DNA of 64,000 nucleotides from an uncultured delta proteobacterium (GTDB lineage Bacteria; Desulfobacterota; Binatia; Binatales; Binataceae): NCBI GenBank assembly GCA_963842085.1, contig CAWJET010000001.1, positions 2,496,001 through 2,560,000 on the forward strand. The letters are read 5' to 3'. Every line of letters starts with the position of its first letter. The first letter of the stretch is position 1. The notes below the pieces were generated by a model. The model searched no databases and was not told where the DNA came from. It saw nothing but the letters and a program-made list of their open reading frames with translations. Positions 47,478 through 57,522 of this stretch are shown piece after piece. Made by a program: the position numbers and the translations under genes.

Positions 47478-50396
47478 CTACCTGGTCTCCGTGGGCACAG
47501 GTTCAGGTATCAGCAATTTTGTAGGCACAACTTCTTCTTGACCTTCTGGACGCACCCAACTCAATTTCATCGACGAAGAGCCCCATATGTTCCGCTGCCC
47601 AACCTCGATGAGATGACGACCACGAGTCAGCAATGCGCTTCCCTCACTCGTAAACCTGGTAACCTGGCCTGGGTCCGCGATCACCGTCTTGCCGTCGATA
47701 CTCAGCCAACCACAATCGTCGGCTAGAATGATAAATCGGTAGGTGCCATCACTTGGTACGTCAATCCAGCCCCGCCAGATCACTACTGACGGGTACGGCA
47801 ACCCACCCAACGAAGAAATATCGTCGAAATCGATCGTCTTGTCTACGCGGATTATGTGAGGAGCAGATTTATTCGCCTCCATCCCTTCATAGTAGAATCC
47901 AAGCAAACCATGCTTCTCGGGCTTCGCGGCGGCCCGAGCAAGACGAGTGAAAAAAGGCGGAGCAAAGAGCATCGCAATTGCAAATGCGATCCCGACTCTT
48001 CGCAGAGTCCCGTCGCGCTGCGTATCGGTGTCGGTAACTGACTTTAGGTAGAGCGCGCAAACTATCCAAAGCGAAGCCAACGGCAACAGCTGAAGCCATC
48101 CTGGGAGACCTATGATCTTTCCAAAGTTGAAAGCAGTCGAGTCACCCACGATCGGCGGACCTCCGAAGTAGGAATTCCTGTTGTATGCGAGGTCGCCACG
48201 GGCAAACGCCTGCCATAAAAAATCACGGAAGGGATTTGTATATTCGTAAGGAAGATGCGGCTCGACGGCGGTTGCCATCAGCATTAGAAACGTCGAAAGA
48301 AGAGCCGATCCAGCCAACGCCGTGTTCCATTTTTTCGGAAGAAAAGTAAGCGCCAAGACCAAAAAGGGTATCGCTGGCAGCATGTGCCTTGGACCGGTGG
48401 CGGTTCCTCCGCCCCAGTAAATGATTGAATCTCCGTAGGATGCGTTTAGCAGTACGAAAGCGAGTATGCTAGAAACGATTACGATGAACTCTGCCCGAAG
48501 GCTGGAACGCCGCCAAAAGAACCACAACCCTGCAGTAGCTAGTATCAACACCGGGTTGCAGAAGAACAGACCGCGCTGTGGACCGAGTAGTACCTGCCAC
48601 AAGACCTCGAGGCGTGGAAATGTCACGCCGCTGAACCCCTGCGCTTGCGCGGGAAATCGCGTGTTCCCAGGAAGCATGTAAGCTTCATAACTGAGAAAGA
48701 ATGGTCGACCAAATGCCAACCAGTCGTAGGTAAAGAGTAAACCTGCTATCAGCGCGGAACCGAGAGCGAACCAGCTAAACTGCCTCGACCACCCAAGCCG
48801 CCAGAGCGCATAGGCAGCGAGAATCGCTGATATGAGAATCGAGGGATAGTCGCAGAGTCCTGCCCAACCGGCTAGCAGACCAGCTCCAAAATAAGGCCAG
48901 AAGGCGGTTTCGCCGTCGTTTGTGAAAAGCAGGTAGAATGCGGCAAGTAGGCAAGTCGCCGCGATCGGTTCACCGGCGAACTCCGTGGCGTGCGGAAACA
49001 TGATCGTCCCGAAAGCGAGTATCAATGCCAGGGCAACACTCCTTTTCTGGCTCGCACCGAAAACGAGCGCCAGCTGATAGATCAGGATGACCATCAGCGA
49101 TACAAGCAGGCCGATTGATAAGACGGTACTGAGATAGGTCACCAAAGCCCAACGCACCGATTCGGTCTTGATCTGAAACAAAGCCGTTATCCAGAGACTC
49201 ACTATCCACGGCACGATGCCAGTTAATGAGCCGCCCGGCGCTTTGTTTGAGTAGTAGTGCGAGCCCCAATCTACTAGATCGGCCGTGTTATATCCGCAGT
49301 ATCCATCGACCCAGAGTGTTCTGCGTTCCAGAAGAGAACGAATCAGGTCAAAACGCACGGCAGTGTTATGATCAGAAGCCTGATAAAAGTATGCGAAGGT
49401 TGCAAGCGATACGCAGAAGAGTGCAACTTCAGCTTTTCGGCTGGGTGCGTTAACCGAGGACGTAATTTGACCGAGAAGCCGCCGTTGCTGCGACAAGATG
49501 GAAGACACGTCTTGCGTGACCAAAACGGCGAGTCTCGGCCATGCCAATACTCCTACCAGCACCAAGGCAGCCAAGAGTACAGCAGCGATAACCTGGCTGG
49601 AATTGTCGATCGCACCACTGGCGGAAGTGATCGCTTTCCCTCCATTGTGAATGATATCTAGGTCGTACTGAAAGCGTTCATTCGGCGAAGGAGGGTCCGA
49701 GCTAACTCCCCTGATGTTTCGGCAGGCTGCGCGACCAGTATTGAGTGCCGCGAATCCGCCCAGGCGGCATGCCAACAGGACATCACCGCCCGAAGTACCA
49801 ATCTTGAGATAGAATCCTACCGGTTGCCAGTCGTTGGTCCCATGGAGATCAGCGGAGATTATTCCGTCCTCCACGATGCTGAGATTTGCTCCGGTGATGC
49901 CCTCGGGGACATTCTCGGTGCGGATGTCAGCGGTGAAGTGGTACCAACCCGCAGCTAGATGCAGAGACTGTACCCACCGCGCATCGTTGGGCTTGGTGCT
50001 GGAGATCGCGAGCTCGTTCGGCGAGTCTTTAGGTCTATTCCAACTGTAGGTGGTGAAATCAGAACCTTCCCGCCATCCTTCGCTCCGCCAATGATCAGGC
50101 GAGCCAGACGCGCCTTCGGTCAAACCAGGGTTCAGCAGGACACTTTCGCCAGCGCGAGCTATCTGGGGGTTGATTTCGGTTAGCAGACATAACATCAGAA
50201 CGATCAGGGCTATGCGGATCGGAGCGAAGCAACCTTTCGACGTGCCTGATAGTTGCTCCTGAGAGAAGACGCATCGGTGCCAGAAGCCACGGTACCTTAT
50301 ATCGAGCGTCCGAAGAGCAGATCGATTGAACCGGTTCCGGCGACGAAAGTAATACCGCTCGTTCATAGCCTTTTCGAGCTTAGGTTCACGTCGCAA
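47478..50396 (-). CDS. CBM-like + GT-C-like membrane domain + C-terminal PA14 fusion protein
   Basis: N-domain NDARWVQSL..CRLGG; RFDLIRSL, YYSNKAPG, RGLFFCNP, WGGG..GPRH; PA14 GLLGFYY..IWRGWI..GTYRF..ADDCGWLSIDG..GRHLIEV. Start uncertain. Confidence 0.78.
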   Translation of the reverse strand: MRREPKLEKAMNERYYFRRRNRFNRSALRTLDIRYRGFWHRCVFSQEQLSGTSKGCFAPIRIALIVLMLCLLTEINPQIARAGESVLLNPGLTEGASGSPDHWRSEGWREGSDFTTYSWNRPKDSPNELAISSTKPNDARWVQSLHLAAGWYHFTADIRTENVPEGITGANLSIVEDGIISADLHGTNDWQPVGFYLKIGTSGGDVLLACRLGGFAALNTGRAACRNIRGVSSDPPSPNERFQYDLDIIHNGGKAITSASGAIDNSSQVIAAVLLAALVLVGVLAWPRLAVLVTQDVSSILSQQRRLLGQITSSVNAPSRKAEVALFCVSLATFAYFYQASDHNTAVRFDLIRSLLERRTLWVDGYCGYNTADLVDWGSHYYSNKAPGGSLTGIVPWIVSLWITALFQIKTESVRWALVTYLSTVLSIGLLVSLMVILIYQLALVFGASQKRSVALALILAFGTIMFPHATEFAGEPIAATCLLAAFYLLFTNDGETAFWPYFGAGLLAGWAGLCDYPSILISAILAAYALWRLGWSRQFSWFALGSALIAGLLFTYDWLAFGRPFFLSYEAYMLPGNTRFPAQAQGFSGVTFPRLEVLWQVLLGPQRGLFFCNPVLILATAGLWFFWRRSSLRAEFIVIVSSILAFVLLNASYGDSIIYWGGGTATGPRHMLPAIPFLVLALTFLPKKWNTALAGSALLSTFLMLMATAVEPHLPYEYTNPFRDFLWQAFARGDLAYNRNSYFGGPPIVGDSTAFNFGKIIGLPGWLQLLPLASLWIVCALYLKSVTDTDTQRDGTLRRVGIAFAIAMLFAPPFFTRLARAAAKPEKHGLLGFYYEGMEANKSAPHIIRVDKTIDFDDISSLGGLPYPSVVIWRGWIDVPSDGTYRFIILADDCGWLSIDGKTVIADPGQVTRFTSEGSALLTRGRHLIEVGQRNIWGSSSMKLSWVRPEGQEEVVPTKLLIPEPVPTETR

Positions 50397-51844
50397 ACGA
50401 TACCGAAGGTGATCGAGTCCAGCAAGCAGACAAACTTGAGAACAGACGCTGGGACTTCGGGTCCAAGGTCACGGCAATATCCCTGGCCAACAACGTACGA
50501 TGATTCGGTTCTTCTCGCGCGCGGCGACTCTTACCCGTGCTGACAGCTATGCTGAGCGCGGCCTGACGGGAATCAAAACTGGAATACCGCCGCTTTATTG
50601 ACGGCGAACCGGGTCCATATACGCTCGGGTAGCCGCAGTGTGGCAACCGGCGACTCGATCATGTTGCGGTGCGCGGGTGTTTCAACTGACATCGCCGGGC
50701 ATCGCGTGTGTGGACGCCCTATGCTAGGCTACCCGGGGCAACGGGTGCTCTGTCAGCCGATTAACAATGGTCCCTTTGGATGTGGGCGTCCCCGGTCCAG
50801 AAGCCGGGAGCCAGCGTGGACGCGCCGTTCCTGCCGCCATCGTGCCCACCGGTCACCAGAGGCGTGGTGGTAATTGGTTCAGGAGCTCTTATGAGAGTTC
50901 GGATTCGTATGGTGTTTACCGCTGATAAGCGCAATTGGCTGTAGCATTGGGGGCACACAAACGACGCTAAACATTTTTCCTTGGTGTCGCGGAAGCTCCG
51001 GACAGAGATAGCGCGCGGCCGTAGGTGGATATCGCTTGCGCAGATATGTCTCCCTTATACAGGAAGTGTTCCTCCGGACCCGACGCGGTACCACCACGCC
51101 ACCGGTACAGCCAGAGCTGGGCAGGATCGGAACCTCATTGGAAAGAGCAGGCCGCAATAGAAAGAGCAGGCCGCAATAGATTGATAGCTCGTTGAAGTCT
51201 ACGTTCCACGCGATTCCATTATGAGACGTCGATGAAGGACCGGACGCTAGTGCTTCTCGCACGGCTGAGCATCATCTTAGTGTTTGCCCTGCTAGTTGCG
51301 GCCGTGATCACTGCCATCCGTTTCACGGGAACTTGGGGAGTGTGATCTCTCGCTCGTGCCGCTGATTGCGGATGCGATGCCGTGCTTTTCCTCATTCGAG
51401 GGAGCGGTGTCGCGGGTCGTGGCTCGGCCCCAAATGAGGGGTGAAATTAACAGAACATTGTTTTGGTCTTAGCGCACAGCAGGCACGATCATCGCATAAT
51501 AGCAAGTTCAGAAATCGTCGAGACGATACTGAGTTTCCCGGTCTAAGGGCGTCCGAAATGGACGCGTCTTTTTCTCGTGAGCGGGCCGCGAGCTTTCCCG
51601 CACGATCGCCGTGGCCCGCTCGCGACCGACACTAGCGATTATCCGTTCCGGCGATCGGAAATCTCCAGCCCGCTGGCTCGCTCGCGCGCGATAACTACGT
51701 TGGCGTGCCGCGCGCACAATTCGATCTGCCGAACGTGTCAGCTGGCCCAGTCGCCCTTTTCGGCGATCAGGGTCGCGCGCTCCCGGCATCGGGTCTTCTT
51801 ACAAATGAGGACAGAATCGCGTATTTTAGTCCCTGGGCCGGAAA

Positions 51845-52306
51845 TTGTTTGAATTCTGCGCCGGGAGGATACAGCTCGTGCTATCAATTCGCTCCTTTCA
51901 ATGCCGTCCGCGTGTTGCAATTCTTGGCGCGATTCTGGCGCTTGGCTCTTGTCTTGCTGTTGCTCCTGCATGTTATGCGGAACCTCCCGTCTTGACAACC
52001 GTCGTCCCAACCACTGTCTCGACAACCGTCGTCCCAACCACCCAGCAGTTCTGCATCTCCCAGGGGGAAGCGACAGCCCAAGTCATTTCGCAATGCCCGA
52101 GTCGTGAAGTCGTAGTTGGCGGCGCCGGCGCCTTTTCTCCTGAGCTCTCTAATGGCTTCGCGCAAAATGTGAACTTGAGTATTCCTACCTCAAGCGGGGA
52201 CGGATGGATTGGCCAGCAAACTTTAGTGAATAATTCTACCGAGCAGATTTGCTATCAAATAACGGTCTACGCGATCTGCGTTCCGGGCACGGCGACCGTC
52301 CTATAG
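51845..52306 (+). CDS. Small secreted Cys-containing hypothetical protein with Thr-rich repeat
   Basis: Signal-like LGAILALGSCLAVAPACYA, TTVVPTT x2, CPSREVVVGG, ITVYAIC. Start uncertain. Confidence 0.6.
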   Translation: MFEFCAGRIQLVLSIRSFQCRPRVAILGAILALGSCLAVAPACYAEPPVLTTVVPTTVSTTVVPTTQQFCISQGEATAQVISQCPSREVVVGGAGAFSPELSNGFAQNVNLSIPTSSGDGWIGQQTLVNNSTEQICYQITVYAICVPGTATVL

Positions 52307-52342
52307 CTTAGGAGAACATAGGATGCGCCCCAAATGGGATAC

Positions 52343-52624
52343 TTACCAATGATGATCTGTCTCGATGTTCTCGTCCGGATCTGGGAAGGCATGCATGAAG
52401 CATCCGATGGGTATGCTCACCCGTGACAGGTTGCGGTCGAGCGCATAACGGTCATCAAGGGCATACGCGACGAACGCGGCACCCCCGGACGGCCTTGTTG
52501 AGGAAGCGCGGCGATCCCGTCTGCGACGAACCAGGCACAGGGCCGGCGTGGTGAATATCAAATAGCGATAGAAAAGCAAGTCCTTGTGGAATAACGCGAG
52601 GCCGATCAGCGCCAACGGTACCAC
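52343..52624 (-). pseudogene. Fragment of a GT39-like glycosyltransferase
   Basis: LLFYRYLIFTTPALCL resembles YLFYRYLVFPLPGFVL of 43767-45332. Confidence 0.45.
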
Positions 52625-53068
52625 GATTGCCGAGGCGGCCAGCGCGTCCGCAATTGCCTTCTAACGCGACTCATTCCACGCCCGCACAAAGCCGACCACA
52701 CCCAGCTCGACCGTACGCCTAAGGATCAGCGCCTGCGTGCACGAGTTGGACGCGCTGATGGTAATCCTGGCGTCCTGGTTTTTCTCCGGGCGGGAAGGCG
52801 GGGAGCTCGACAGTCGTGCCTTGTTCGGGGGCTTGAGCCCTGGTGGTGGCTATGTTAGCGCGTCTTGACGCCGTTCCCGCGGCGGTCGCGATATGGCTGT
52901 ACGGCGCGGCGGTGCATGGAAGCTGGTTCTTAATTTGCCTGATCGGTGGTCGCGAATGACACGACGAACGCGGCTTGCCGTGGCAGACCCGCTCGGCGGA
53001 GGTCCTGAACATTACCAAAGTTTGTGGGCGCCTGTTGACCTTTGTGCGAGAGTGCGAGAGATCCGGAT

Positions 53069-54349
53069 ATGCCCAAGGCGCCGGATGACTACCAGTTGCG
53101 GTATCCGATAGATTTCGGTGATATCGACCCGTCGATTCGCCAACGGCCCGTGCAGCTCTACGCGGCCGACTTCGGCAAATCGCGCGGCATCCTTTATACG
53201 CCGGCCAACGGCAAGCCGCGCACCGTCGTGCTCATGGCGCACCCGCGCGCCGACTTCAGCACGCACTATTCGATTCCCTACTGGGTCGACGCCGGCTTTG
53301 CCGCGTTCGGCTTCAACACGCGCTACCTCAACAACGACGCGATGATGCTCCACGAAAATCTGCTGCTCGATCTCGCTGCGGGAATTTGTTTCCTGCGCGA
53401 AGAGGAAGGCTTCGAGAAAATCGTGATGCTCGGAAATTCCGGTGGCGGCTCGTTATTCGCTTACTACGACGCACAAGCGTGCACACCGGCCGGTGGCCGC
53501 GTGACAGCGCCACCCGGCGGCGGCCCGCCGAATCTAAACAAGTTCGACCTGCCGACTGCGGACGGATATATCGCGCTCGCCGCGCATCCGGGACAGGGGA
53601 TGGTGCTGATGTCGTGCCTCGACGCGGCGGTCGTCGATGAATCCGATCCGCTCGCGAGCGATCCGGCGCTGGATATGTACGACGAGCGCAACGGCTTCAA
53701 GCCGCCGCCGGCCGAGAGCCGTTACTCAAAGGATTTCGTCGAGCGATACCGCGCGGCGCAACGCGCGCGATGCGCCCGAGTCGACGCGATCGCGCGCCGC
53801 CATATCGCCGAGGCGAGCAGCGGTCGCGCTGCGATGCGTGCGCCCGACTTTGCGGCGTCGAGCGCAGACAGTCGCAATTACGTTGCGCGGCGTGCGATGG
53901 CGCCGCGCTACATGCTCGTCTATCGCACGCAGGCGAACCTCAACTATCTCGACTTGTCGATCGATCCCTCGGAGCGCGCCGTCGGATCGATCATCTCGCC
54001 GCGACCCGATCTCGCGAACTACTCACCATTCGGCCTGGGTCGCATCGTTACACCCGACGCGTGGCTGTCGACATGGTCGGGAATGTCATCGTACGCGAAG
54101 ATGGCGTCGAATCTGCCTAAGGTGACGGTGCCGACGCTGGTGGTGGGCGCGAACGGCGACCAGGACATTTTCAATTCCGACGTGCGCGGCGAGTTCGAAG
54201 CGTCGGGCGCGAGCGACAAGACCATTGCGTTCATCGAAGGCGCCGATCACTTCATGCGCGCCGGCGGCGCCAAGTCGCATCTCGGCGACCCGCGGCCGCG
54301 CCTGATGAAGGTGCTGACAGAATGGACCCGCGCTCGTTTCGCTACCTAG
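53069..54349 (+). CDS. Alpha/beta hydrolase
   Basis: GNSGGG nucleophile elbow, AAHPG, WLSTWSG, GANGDQD, IEGADH. Confidence 0.88.
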   Translation: MPKAPDDYQLRYPIDFGDIDPSIRQRPVQLYAADFGKSRGILYTPANGKPRTVVLMAHPRADFSTHYSIPYWVDAGFAAFGFNTRYLNNDAMMLHENLLLDLAAGICFLREEEGFEKIVMLGNSGGGSLFAYYDAQACTPAGGRVTAPPGGGPPNLNKFDLPTADGYIALAAHPGQGMVLMSCLDAAVVDESDPLASDPALDMYDERNGFKPPPAESRYSKDFVERYRAAQRARCARVDAIARRHIAEASSGRAAMRAPDFAASSADSRNYVARRAMAPRYMLVYRTQANLNYLDLSIDPSERAVGSIISPRPDLANYSPFGLGRIVTPDAWLSTWSGMSSYAKMASNLPKVTVPTLVVGANGDQDIFNSDVRGEFEASGASDKTIAFIEGADHFMRAGGAKSHLGDPRPRLMKVLTEWTRARFAT

Positions 54350-54375
54350 CCGATAGCATTCAGGAGGGATCGCAA

Positions 54376-55329
54376 ATGCCGACGCACCCAATTCGATTTG
54401 GCCTTCAAACCGGTCAGCAACTCGTGGACTGGAACGAACTGAAAGAGCTATGGCGCAGCGCCGACGGTTGGGGTTACGACTCGCTCTGGACCTTTGATCA
54501 TTTCTATCCAATCTTCGTTCCCGACCCGACCGGACCGTGCCTTGAAGGATGGACCACGCTCACCGCGCTCAGTCAGCAGACCAAGCGCGCGCGAATCGGC
54601 GCAATGGTAAACGGCAACACTTATCGCAACCCGTGCATCACGGCAAAGATGGCGGCGACGCTCGATCACGTCAGCGACGGCCGTCTGAATCTCGGCATCG
54701 GCGCGGGATGGTTCGAGCTCGAGCATCGCAGCTTCGGCATTGACTTCAAGACGATTCCCGGACGGCTGCAGGCGCTCGACGAATCGCTGCAAATTATCAA
54801 AGGGATGTTCGAGCAGGAAAAAACAACTTTGCACGGGCGCCACTACAACGTGACCGACGCGGTCTGCAGTCCGAAGCCCATCCAGAAGCCGCATCCACCA
54901 ATCATGATCGGCGGCCAGGGCCAGAAGGTATTGCTAAAAATCGTCGCCAAGCACGCTGACATGTGGAACGTCCCGGGCGCGAGCGCAGAACGATACGCCG
55001 AACTGTTGAAAGTGATCGAACGACACGGCGACACCGTCGGCCGCGACACTGATCAGATCGAGAAGACGATCATGATGGGGTTGTGCTATCGAGCGCCGGC
55101 GGAGCGAGAAAACGCCGCGCTCGCGCGAGTTGCCGCGATGTCGGGTGCCTCGGCCGAGCAAGCGCGCCGCCAGCTAATGATCGGCTCGCGCGAGGAATGC
55201 CTGGCGACGATCGATCGCTACGTCAAGGTTGGCGTCACGCACTTCATCTTCACGCTGCCGCGGCCGTTCTTCGCGGATGAAGTTCAGCGCTTTGCCGAAG
55301 AGGTGATTCCCGCGGTGCGCCCGAACTAG
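54376..55329 (+). CDS. LLM-class F420-dependent oxidoreductase
   Basis: GYDSLWTFDHFYP, LEGWTTLTAL, NTYRNP..AKMAATLDHVS.GRL.LGIGAGW, PKPIQKPHPPIMIGG; AGGAGG RBS. Confidence 0.93.
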   Translation: MPTHPIRFGLQTGQQLVDWNELKELWRSADGWGYDSLWTFDHFYPIFVPDPTGPCLEGWTTLTALSQQTKRARIGAMVNGNTYRNPCITAKMAATLDHVSDGRLNLGIGAGWFELEHRSFGIDFKTIPGRLQALDESLQIIKGMFEQEKTTLHGRHYNVTDAVCSPKPIQKPHPPIMIGGQGQKVLLKIVAKHADMWNVPGASAERYAELLKVIERHGDTVGRDTDQIEKTIMMGLCYRAPAERENAALARVAAMSGASAEQARRQLMIGSREECLATIDRYVKVGVTHFIFTLPRPFFADEVQRFAEEVIPAVRPN

Positions 55330-56111
55330 CGCGCGGTGAGCAACACGCAGTCGGCGGCGTCGGCGTGGGCAGCGTCGAAGGGTGCTGCGATTCCAGCAAA
55401 TGCGCCCGAGTCGAGGTCGCGCTCCAGCTCGGCCAGTCCGCTGGCAACTCCTGCGCTCGCCAGGCGCCGAAATCCGGAAGTCGAGGCACGGAACCCGGGA
55501 TCGAACAGGAGGTCGGGCCGCGTGCGTGCCGCTTCAAAGGTAAGGTCGCCCCGCCCCGAGTAAAAGATCTTCGCTGCCGCGACGCGTGAAAATCCAGCGT
55601 GAAACATCGCAGTGATCAGGCCGCCGAGCGTCGGATGAAGCGGTAGCAGCACCTCGTCGATCTCGGGAAAATAATGGCGATACCACAGCGTCTCGAGGTT
55701 CTCGCGGACGACCGCCTGCAGCACGGCGGCGGCCCGCGCCACACGCCTGAATTCGGCGAGCACGGCCGCAAGAACCGGGAGATGGTGCAATACGTTGACT
55801 CCGGCGACCGCGTCCACCGAGCGCGGGCGAAGCGGGAGCGACGATGCGTCAGCGAGAATCCATCGCGCCGACGCCTTCCGCGCGCCGATTTCAACCATCG
55901 CAGGCGACCGATCGAGCGCAATCACCGAAAATCCGCTCGCCGTCAATGCGCCGGTGTAATTCCCAGTGCCGGCGCCGACTTCGAGTACGGATCTAACGCG
56001 TAAGTGCCGCAGGACTTCGACCAGCGCGACAGCAATCGCGGGCTCGACGCCCCGCGAATTGTCATACCCGGAGACAACTGGTCCATAGTTAATGGAAGTC
56101 GGAACTGGCAC
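55326..56111 (-). CDS. Class I SAM-dependent methyltransferase
   Basis: VLEVGAGTGNYT, ALDRSPAM, ADASSLPL..SVD, VLHHL. Confidence 0.88.
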   Translation of the reverse strand: MPVPTSINYGPVVSGYDNSRGVEPAIAVALVEVLRHLRVRSVLEVGAGTGNYTGALTASGFSVIALDRSPAMVEIGARKASARWILADASSLPLRPRSVDAVAGVNVLHHLPVLAAVLAEFRRVARAAAVLQAVVRENLETLWYRHYFPEIDEVLLPLHPTLGGLITAMFHAGFSRVAAAKIFYSGRGDLTFEAARTRPDLLFDPGFRASTSGFRRLASAGVASGLAELERDLDSGAFAGIAAPFDAAHADAADCVLLTAR

Positions 56112-56298
56112 CGCAAAAACTCAATGAGGTGTTCAAAACAGACGATGCGCTCCCGGCAGGTGTGAGGCAAACGGCCCCAATGTTGGGGGTGTTCTGAATC
56201 GCGCCATACAGACTGCTAATGACGTCGACGTGAGTCTTTCTCGCCACCGCCGGCTTCGCTAATCTGCTATTTCCGTCGGCGGCAGTGCGCGATGGAGA

Positions 56299-56374
56299 GC
56301 CACCCTAGCTCAGTTGGTAGAGCAGCTGATTCGTAATCAGCAGGTCGCCGGTTCGAATCCGGCGGGTGGCTCCA
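56299..56374 (+). tRNA. tRNA-Thr (anticodon CGT)
   Basis: GCCACCC acceptor stem pairs with GGGTGGC; D-arm TAGCTCAGTTGGTAGAGC; GCTGA-TTCGTAA-TCAGC; GGTTCGAATCC; encoded CCA; 76 nt. Confidence 0.98.
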
Positions 56375-56439
56375 GAAAACCCCACGCAGAGAACGAGTTC
56401 AACTCACCGAAGCAAAACGCTTGCCCACAAAAGCCAATC

Positions 56440-57522
56440 TATTGGTGCTTGCATAATATAGATACATATGCTAGCCTACTGACATGGGTAATCCAGCAGG
56501 AGTGCGGCGGGACTTCGAGGCACTGGAACGGCGGCGGATGGAGGCGGCGCGATTGCTCAAGCAGGGCGTGAGCCAGAGCGAAGTGGCTCGGCGCCTTGGC
56601 GTGCACCGGCAATCGGTGATCCGCTGGGCGCGGCAGCTGGCGCAGGCGGGCCGGGTTGGTTTGAAGAAGGCGGGTCGCGCCGGACGCAGGCCCAAGCTCG
56701 GGGCTGGCCAACTGCGCAAGATCGAGCAAGCGCTCAAGCGCGGGCCCGAGGCCCTCGGATACCCCAACGGGTTGTGGACTGCGGGTCGGGTGCGCGAGCT
56801 AATCGAAGGGCAGACCGGAGTGCAATATCACGAGGCCCACGTCTGGCGCATTCTGCGCAAGTTGGGCTGGAGCTGCCAGCGTCCGAGCGGGCGGGCCTTG
56901 GAGCGTGACGAGCAGGCCATTCGGCACTAGAAGCAGTACCGTTGGCCGCAGATTAAAAAAAAGCGTTCTGCGAGAGGCGCACCATCGTCTTCATCGACGA
57001 GAGCGGATTGAGCGAACGGCCCCATCGCTGTCGCACCTGGGCGCCGCGCGGGCAGACCCCGGTACTGCAGTACCACTTCAACTGGAAGACGCTGTCGGCG
57101 ATGGCGGGAGTGAGCTGGTGGAATTTCTACTTTCGGCTCTTTCCCGGCGCCATTCGCAGTCCGCAAGTGGTGGAGTTCCTGCGCCATCTGATGCGCCATC
57201 TGCGGGGCAGGCTGCTGATTGTTTGGGACGGCTTGCGCGCCCATCGCAGTCGCCTGGTGTGGGACTTTGTTCGCCACCGGCGCGGGCGGCTGTGGCTGGA
57301 ATTTCTTCCCGCCTATGCACCGGAACTCAACCCGGTCGAGTACCTGTGGTCGCACTGGAAACAACACCAACTATCCAACTTCTGTCCGCAGACCTTCGCC
57401 CAGTTGAGCCACCACGCGCGCCGCGCACTCACACGCATGCGCCGCCGGCCCGCTCTGGTCATGGCCTTCTGGGAGCAAGCCGAACTGTTCCCCTTGTAAC
57501 TATATTATACAATCCTCAAATA
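56440..57522 (+). mobile_element. IS630-family insertion sequence
   Basis: Imperfect TIRs TATTGGTGCTTGCATAATATAG / revcomp TATTTGAGGATTGTATAATATAG with TA ends; HTH ORF plus DDE ORF. Confidence 0.9.
56484..57499 (+). pseudogene. IS630 transposase (HTH + DDE joined by an A9 frameshift) with premature amber codon
   Basis: ERRRMEAARLL, WTAGRV, LGWSCQRP; TAG at 56928; A9 at 56955-63; VFIDESG, VWDG..HRS, LPAYAPELNPVE. Confidence 0.85.

Noticed and set aside
51495-51575. Possible c-di-GMP-I riboswitch (CCGGTCTAAG plus hairpins)
   Set aside because: Lacks the GGCAAA/GAAA/GACGCAAA core; only generic hairpins.
56928-56930. Amber recoding suggested by Trp-to-TAG changes in IS630 and the intron ORF
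   Set aside because: TAG is a normal stop in many intact genes here; both elements are decaying.
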